This document shows positions 46,834-51,591 of a DNA stretch of 51,591 nucleotides, piece after piece. This stretch comes from Gammaproteobacteria bacterium REDSEA-S15_B12 (lineage in GTDB: Bacteria; Pseudomonadota; Gammaproteobacteria; Arenicellales; UBA868): the NCBI GenBank assembly GCA_001629395.1, contig LUSG01000048.1:1-51591 (forward strand), written 5' to 3'. Both the position numbers and the translations under genes were made by a program. The notes below the pieces were generated by a model. That model saw only the letters and a list, made by a program, of their open reading frames with translations, searched no databases and had not been told where the DNA came from. Numbering within the stretch: position 1 is the stretch's first letter; the number at the start of each line of letters is the position of its first letter.

Positions 46834-48295
46834 ATGCAACCCAGTAGAGATAAGGTCCGCTTTGTTCTCGGCAGTATGCCGCTTGAAATCAGTCTGGATA
46901 AAGTTAAAAAAAACCGGCACCAAGGAAGGCTGTGCCGAAGGCGATTGCGGGGCTTGTACCGTGCTGATCGCTGAACTGTACGACAACAGCCTCAAGTACA
47001 CGGCAGCCAACGCATGCATCCTGCTACTGGGCATGGTGGATGGGAAACAAGTGCTGACGGTTGAACACCTGGCGTCAGACACCCTTCACCCGGCCCAACA
47101 AGCCATGATTGACCATCACGGCTCGCAGTGCGGCTTCTGTACGCCGGGCTTCGTGATGTCGATCGCCGCATTGCAGCTCGATGGGCATCACGGGGATTCA
47201 ATCCAAACACCTGGTCGGGATCAGATCGACCAGCACCTCGCCGGTAACCTGTGTCGGTGTACGGGCTATGGGCCGATTATCGATGCGGCCCGCCAGGCCT
47301 GTACCCAGCCGTTACCGGACTACTGGCCGCACCAGCAGACCGCCGTTCAGTCCATACTTGGCCAATGGCAACAACAGGATGAAACACTGCATGTCGAGTG
47401 TGAGTCGGGCCTGTTTGCAGCACCCCGCACAGAAGCACAACTCGCCACATACCTTTCCGATCAACACTCACCCCCGACCCTGCTCGCAGGTGCCACTGAT
47501 ATAGGTCTTTGGATCACGAAACAGGGGCGGCAGCTCACTACGCTGCTCTATCTGGGACAGATATCAAGCCTTAAAACCGTCAATCGGCAAGAAGACGAGC
47601 TTGAGATCGGTGCTGCGGTTTCACTACAGCATGCAGCGCCCGAATTGACCCGCCTTTCACCGGATCTTGGGCTCCTGCTGCGCCGGTTTGGCGCACGTCA
47701 GGTCCGCAGCCAGGGTACCATTGGCGGCAACATTGCGAACGGATCGCCCATCGGTGATCTACCCCCCGCACTGATCGCGCTGGGCGCAACACTGCGAATC
47801 AGATGCGCTAATGGTCAACGAGAGATTCCGCTGGAGGATTTTTTCATCGACTATGGACAACAGGATCTCGCAGACAACGAATATGTGGCGTCGGTCGTGC
47901 TCCCGGCACGCCCACAGCCGCACTTTTGGTGCTCGAAGATCGCCAAACGTTTCGACCAGGATATCAGCGCTGTTCTTGGCGCATTTTCCCTGACACTGGT
48001 CGATGGTTTAGTTCACAACGCCCGCTTTTGTTTTGGTGGAATGGCCAGCACGCCGCGCCGGGCTCGTCGTTGCGAAGCCGCTGTGGAAGGACGCCGCCTC
48101 GATGAGGACACACTGGCCGATGCACAAAATGCGCTGCTACAGGATTTTGATCCTATTGCCGATCTGCGCGCGAGTGCCCGCTACCGCCGGACGGTCGCCG
48201 CGAACCTGCTCGACAAGTATTTTCGGTTTCTGAACGTGACCGACGTGCCATCTGTTTATGAGTTTTCTTCGCCACAGGCCTTCACCCATGTCTGA
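46834..48295 (+). CDS. xdhA: Xanthine dehydrogenase small subunit XdhA ([2Fe-2S] + FAD), interrupted as given by a +1 frame change at an A8 run
   Basis: ATG 46834 gives 'MQPSRDKVRFVLGSMPLEISLDKVKK', a typical XdhA N-terminus, in frame 1. From the A8 run at 46906-46913 the homologous sequence continues in frame 2: 'KKTGTKEGCAEGDCGACTV...HGSQCGFCTPGF...CRCTGY...' through the FAD domain to 48295. Frame 1 stops at 46974. Confidence 0.8.
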
Positions 48296-50591
48296 TAGTG
48301 CATCGATACTGGGCGCAGCCCTCAACCACGACAGTGCCATAAAACACACGACCGGGGAGGCGCTGTATATCGACGACATACCAGAACCCCGCGGCACGCT
48401 GCATCTGGTCCCTGGGTATGCCAACGCGGTTTGTGGGCAGCTGCGCAGTGTGGACCTGTCTGCTGTTGAATCTGCAACAAACGTTGTTGCTGTACTGCGC
48501 GCAGACGATGTACCAGGAACCCTCGATATCAGTCCTACACACGCCGGAGACGACCCTTTATTGGCCAAAGACCGCATTCGGTATTTCGGTGAACCGGTTT
48601 TTGCGGTGGTTGCTCGAGGGTACCAAGACGCTCGACGTGCGTCACGCCTGGCCAAGATAGATATTGATTCACAAGACCCGATCCTGACAGTCGAAAATGC
48701 TCTGAATGCCCAGAGTTTCGTCAGTGAATCCAGGCAAATACAACGTAACGACTGGCAGGGCGCCATCGAACAGGCGCCCCATCGCCTGCGCGGCACCACC
48801 GTCAGCGGCAGTCAGGACCACTTCTATCTGGAGGGTCAGGTTTCTCTGGCGATCCCACAAGAAGACGGTGGGGTGCACATTTATGCCTCCACCCAGCACC
48901 CGTCAGAAATTCAGCACGTTGCGGCACAGGTACTGGGCCTGCCGGATCACACTGTGACCGTAGAGGTGCGGCGAATGGGGGGCGGCTTCGGCGGCAAGGA
49001 ATCGCAGGCTGCCCAATGGGCGGTGCTCGCCGCTCTGGCTGCCAGCAAAACCGGACAGCCCGTGAAATGCCGGCTGGACCGGGACCTCGACATGATCATG
49101 ACGGGCAAACGGCACGACTTTCACAGTGACTGGGAAGTCGGCTACGACCAGGATGGGCGGATAGCCGGCGTTGACATTCACATGGCTTCTCGCTGCGGCT
49201 GTTCGCACGACCTCTCCGATCCAGTGAACGATCGGGCAATGTTTCACGCAGACAACGCCTATTTTTACCCGGCCGTGCGGATCCGGTCCGACAGATGTCA
49301 AACCAACACGGTATCCAATACGGCCTTTCGTGGTTTTGGTGGTCCGCAGGGAATGCTTATCGCAGAACAGATCATTCAGGCCATAGCTCACGAACGCCGC
49401 CTGGATCCCCTGGATGTGCGGCGGCTTAACTTTTACGAGCACAACGACCGCAACCTGACGCCATACCACATGCAGGTGGAAGCCTTCGTACTTGATGAAC
49501 TCGTTGAGCAACTGGAATCGACAAGCCGTTACCGTGAGCGGCGTAAATCGATAAAAGCGTTCAACAGTACAAACCCATATCTGCGGCGTGGGCTCGCGCT
49601 GACACCGGTTAAATTCGGCATCTCTTTTACCAATACGCCGCTCAACCAGGCCGGTGCACTGTTACACGTGTACAAAGACGGCAGTGTTCTTTTAAACCAT
49701 GGCGGTACGGAGATGGGGCAAGGGCTCCTGATCAAGGTCGCACAAGTGGTTGCCGCTGAACTGCAGATTGACATAGACCAGGTCCAGATCTCGTCAACAC
49801 ACACCGGCAAAGTGCCCAACACCTCTGCCACAGCCGCATCGTCCGGGACAGATCTCAACGGTATGGCTGCACAAAATGCCGCGCGTACTATCCGTCGACG
49901 GCTCACTGCTTTTGCGGCTACCCATTACGACGTCGCAGAAAATGAGATCGAGTTCCATCACGGGCAGGTCCGTATTGCTGACAGTTCGATGACATTTTCT
50001 GAACTTGTGCTTGAGGCTTACCTGCACCGGGTTCAGCTTTCCGCGACCGGTTTCTACCGCACACCGAAAATCTGGTGGGATGCCGAAACAGCCCGCGGGC
50101 GGCCGTTTTATTATTTCGCCTACGGCGCGGCTGTTTCTGAAGTGGTGGTAGACCTGCTGACGGGTGAAAACCGCGTTGTTGCAGTCGACATCCTCCACGA
50201 TGTCGGCCGTTCACTGAATCCTGCAGTCGATGCCGGACAGATTGAAGGCGGTTTCATTCAGGGTATGGGCTGGCTGACCACTGAGGAAGTGTGGTGGGAC
50301 GGTGATGGTCGGCTGATGACGCACGCGCCGTCGACCTACAAAATACCGGCGTGCAGCGACCGCCCTGCGCACTTTCGGCTGGACATGTACACGGGCAGTG
50401 AAAATATCGAAGCGACCGTTTATCGTTCGAAGGCGGTTGGTGAACCGCCACTGATGCTGGCCTTATCCGTACACCAGGCCATCGCGGATGCACTCTCCAG
50501 TACCAGCGATCACGGTGAATTGCCACAGTTGCGTGCGCCGGCAACACCCGAAGCCGTACTGGATGCGATTCAGTCATTGCGGACATTGTAA
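48288..50591 (+). CDS. xdhB: Xanthine dehydrogenase molybdopterin-binding large subunit XdhB
   Basis: 767 aa. 'RRMGGGFGGKESQ', 'NTAFRGFGGPQG', 'GGTEMGQG', 'SKAVGEPPL'. The start overlaps the xdhA stop by 8 nt. Confidence 0.95.
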   Translation: MSDSASILGAALNHDSAIKHTTGEALYIDDIPEPRGTLHLVPGYANAVCGQLRSVDLSAVESATNVVAVLRADDVPGTLDISPTHAGDDPLLAKDRIRYFGEPVFAVVARGYQDARRASRLAKIDIDSQDPILTVENALNAQSFVSESRQIQRNDWQGAIEQAPHRLRGTTVSGSQDHFYLEGQVSLAIPQEDGGVHIYASTQHPSEIQHVAAQVLGLPDHTVTVEVRRMGGGFGGKESQAAQWAVLAALAASKTGQPVKCRLDRDLDMIMTGKRHDFHSDWEVGYDQDGRIAGVDIHMASRCGCSHDLSDPVNDRAMFHADNAYFYPAVRIRSDRCQTNTVSNTAFRGFGGPQGMLIAEQIIQAIAHERRLDPLDVRRLNFYEHNDRNLTPYHMQVEAFVLDELVEQLESTSRYRERRKSIKAFNSTNPYLRRGLALTPVKFGISFTNTPLNQAGALLHVYKDGSVLLNHGGTEMGQGLLIKVAQVVAAELQIDIDQVQISSTHTGKVPNTSATAASSGTDLNGMAAQNAARTIRRRLTAFAATHYDVAENEIEFHHGQVRIADSSMTFSELVLEAYLHRVQLSATGFYRTPKIWWDAETARGRPFYYFAYGAAVSEVVVDLLTGENRVVAVDILHDVGRSLNPAVDAGQIEGGFIQGMGWLTTEEVWWDGDGRLMTHAPSTYKIPACSDRPAHFRLDMYTGSENIEATVYRSKAVGEPPLMLALSVHQAIADALSSTSDHGELPQLRAPATPEAVLDAIQSLRTL

Positions 50592-50597
50592 CTGCCA

Positions 50598-51591
50598 ATG
50601 AATAGCGTCAATCTTTCATCGATGAGTGCGTGTGGACCGGTTGACTGGATCGGCGCGGCGCGGCGACTGATCACAGAACACCGTCGTGCAGTACTGATCA
50701 TGGTCACCGCGAATAAGGGGTCGACACCCCGGGACAGTGGCACCTGGATGCTGGTCTCAGACGATGGACAGTCCGGCACCCTGGGTGGTGGTGAACTTGA
50801 ACGACTGGCCGAAGAAGCGGCCCGTGCCATGCTGGCTGGACAGGGTAACTGGCAGCGCTGTTCACTGCATTGTGCACTGGGCCCGGACCTCAGGCAGTGT
50901 TGTGGTGGTCACGTCACACTGATGCTCGAGCCCCTGGATCTGTCGGCAACTGACTGGCTGGCGCAGGCCGCTGAATCGGTACGGATAGGTGACAACCAAT
51001 ACAGCGTACTTTTCCAGCCAAATGAGCCTGCTGCCGCACCGCGGATCATCACAAACGATGGGGCTATGTCGGGTTTAACCGGCGTACATTTTCAGCCGAT
51101 CACTGACACCCGTATGAGTCTGTTTCTTTTTGGTGCCGGTCATGTCGGTCTAGCCATCGCCGCCATATCGGCACAGCTGCCACTTCGCCTGACTGTTTTC
51201 GATGGCAGAGCCAAGCAACGAGCGCTCGTCCCGAACGCGGACAATATTCAAGTCCTGGGTATGGACTCGGCCGAACAAGCCGCGGCTGGGGTGCCGTCAG
51301 GTTCGGCCGCGCTCGTTATGACACACAGTCATGAACTGGATTACACCTTGTGTCATGCACTGCTCACACAAAATAGTGCCGGTTTTGTCGGCCTGATCGG
51401 CAGCCGATCCAAAGCGGCCCGATTCCGCAGCCGCTTAAGAAAAGACAAGGTTCCGCAGAAGTTTCTGGCCCGGCTGACCAGCCCCATCGGCAGTTCCGGC
51501 CCAACTGGAAAAGAACCCGGTGTGATTGCCCTGGCTGCCCTGTCTGAAGTACTCACACTGAACATGAAGTCGGCTGAGCCCAACCTGGCGC
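50598..51591 (+). CDS. xdhC: Xanthine dehydrogenase accessory/maturation factor XdhC (3' end beyond the window)
   Basis: Not in the supplied ORF track because no stop lies within the window. My manual translation from ATG 50598 stays open to base 51591: 'VLIMVTANKGSTPRDSGTWMLV..GTLGGGELE', 'LFLFGAGHVGLAIA', 'GLIGSRSKAARF'. It begins 6 nt after the xdhB stop. Confidence 0.85.
   Translation, partial: MNSVNLSSMSACGPVDWIGAARRLITEHRRAVLIMVTANKGSTPRDSGTWMLVSDDGQSGTLGGGELERLAEEAARAMLAGQGNWQRCSLHCALGPDLRQCCGGHVTLMLEPLDLSATDWLAQAAESVRIGDNQYSVLFQPNEPAAAPRIITNDGAMSGLTGVHFQPITDTRMSLFLFGAGHVGLAIAAISAQLPLRLTVFDGRAKQRALVPNADNIQVLGMDSAEQAAAGVPSGSAALVMTHSHELDYTLCHALLTQNSAGFVGLIGSRSKAARFRSRLRKDKVPQKFLARLTSPIGSSGPTGKEPGVIALAALSEVLTLNMKSAEPNLA

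Noticed and set aside
46900-46915. A AAA AAA AC in xdhA as a programmed -1 ribosomal frameshift site (dnaX-like slippery heptamer)
   Set aside because: The homologous sequence continues in the +1 frame (frame 1 to frame 2), not the -1 frame. No downstream stimulatory hairpin was seen. A homopolymer indel or deletion, or transcriptional slippage, is more parsimonious.
48137-48799. 220-aa minus-strand ORF across the xdhA/xdhB junction, and 48903-49511 (202 aa) inside xdhB
   Set aside because: Both are antisense shadows within strongly supported xdh genes. They are Arg/Ser-rich with no family similarity.
1-51591. Search for mobile elements, CRISPR arrays, tandem or interspersed repeats, rRNA/tRNA genes and defence systems
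   Set aside because: I saw no transposase, integrase, recombinase, Cas, restriction, toxin-antitoxin or phage-like ORFs. I saw no repeat-spacer periodicity and no cloverleaf-capable segments. I recognised no long direct or inverted repeats flanking any block by eye, though an exhaustive repeat search needs software.

Overview
51.6-kb chromosomal segment from a gammaproteobacterium, judged by the syntenies hemA-prfA-prmC, petABC-sspAB and hslVU. I saw no rRNA, tRNA, CRISPR array, IS/transposase, integrase or phage genes. Bases 1-32,500 are mostly housekeeping genes: release factor 1 and its methyltransferase, MsrA, PBP4, citrate synthase, Xni, HslUV, SspAB, the cytochrome bc1 complex, glutathione reductase, DjlA, a LeuB-like/CimA-like pair, a fused CydDC-type ABC exporter, a class III cyclase-TPR protein, a DUF1611/epimerase pair and glycerol kinase. 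Bases 32,586-51,591 form a purine-catabolism supercluster. uraH-xdhABC lies on the plus strand, diverging from puuE-uraD on the minus strand. Downstream of uraD, after a 231-nt gap, is a tightly coupled 10-gene minus-strand operon. It encodes an ATCase-fold carbamoyltransferase of non-canonical specificity, a cytoplasmic asparaginase-family amidohydrolase, carbamate kinase, a class-V aminotransferase, a 72-aa ORF, DUF1116/FdrA/DUF2877 (AllG/AllF/AllH-like oxamate carbamoyltransferase components), an M24 creatinase/DoeA-like hydrolase and an N-methyltransferase. A GMC oxidoreductase follows. No uricase, allantoicase, allantoate amidohydrolase, ureidoglycolate lyase or dehydrogenase, regulator or transporter is visible in the window. 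My main hypothesis is a phosphorolytic, ATP-yielding, urea-free route from allantoate that uses two different carbamoyltransferase systems feeding one carbamate kinase. Three genes carry deletion-type lesions. prlC has lost its HExxH zinc site and changes frame. xdhA changes frame at an A8 run. puuE appears to lack about 15 internal residues. This suggests either gene decay or assembly error. All functional calls rest on motif and family recognition by eye; no database search was possible.
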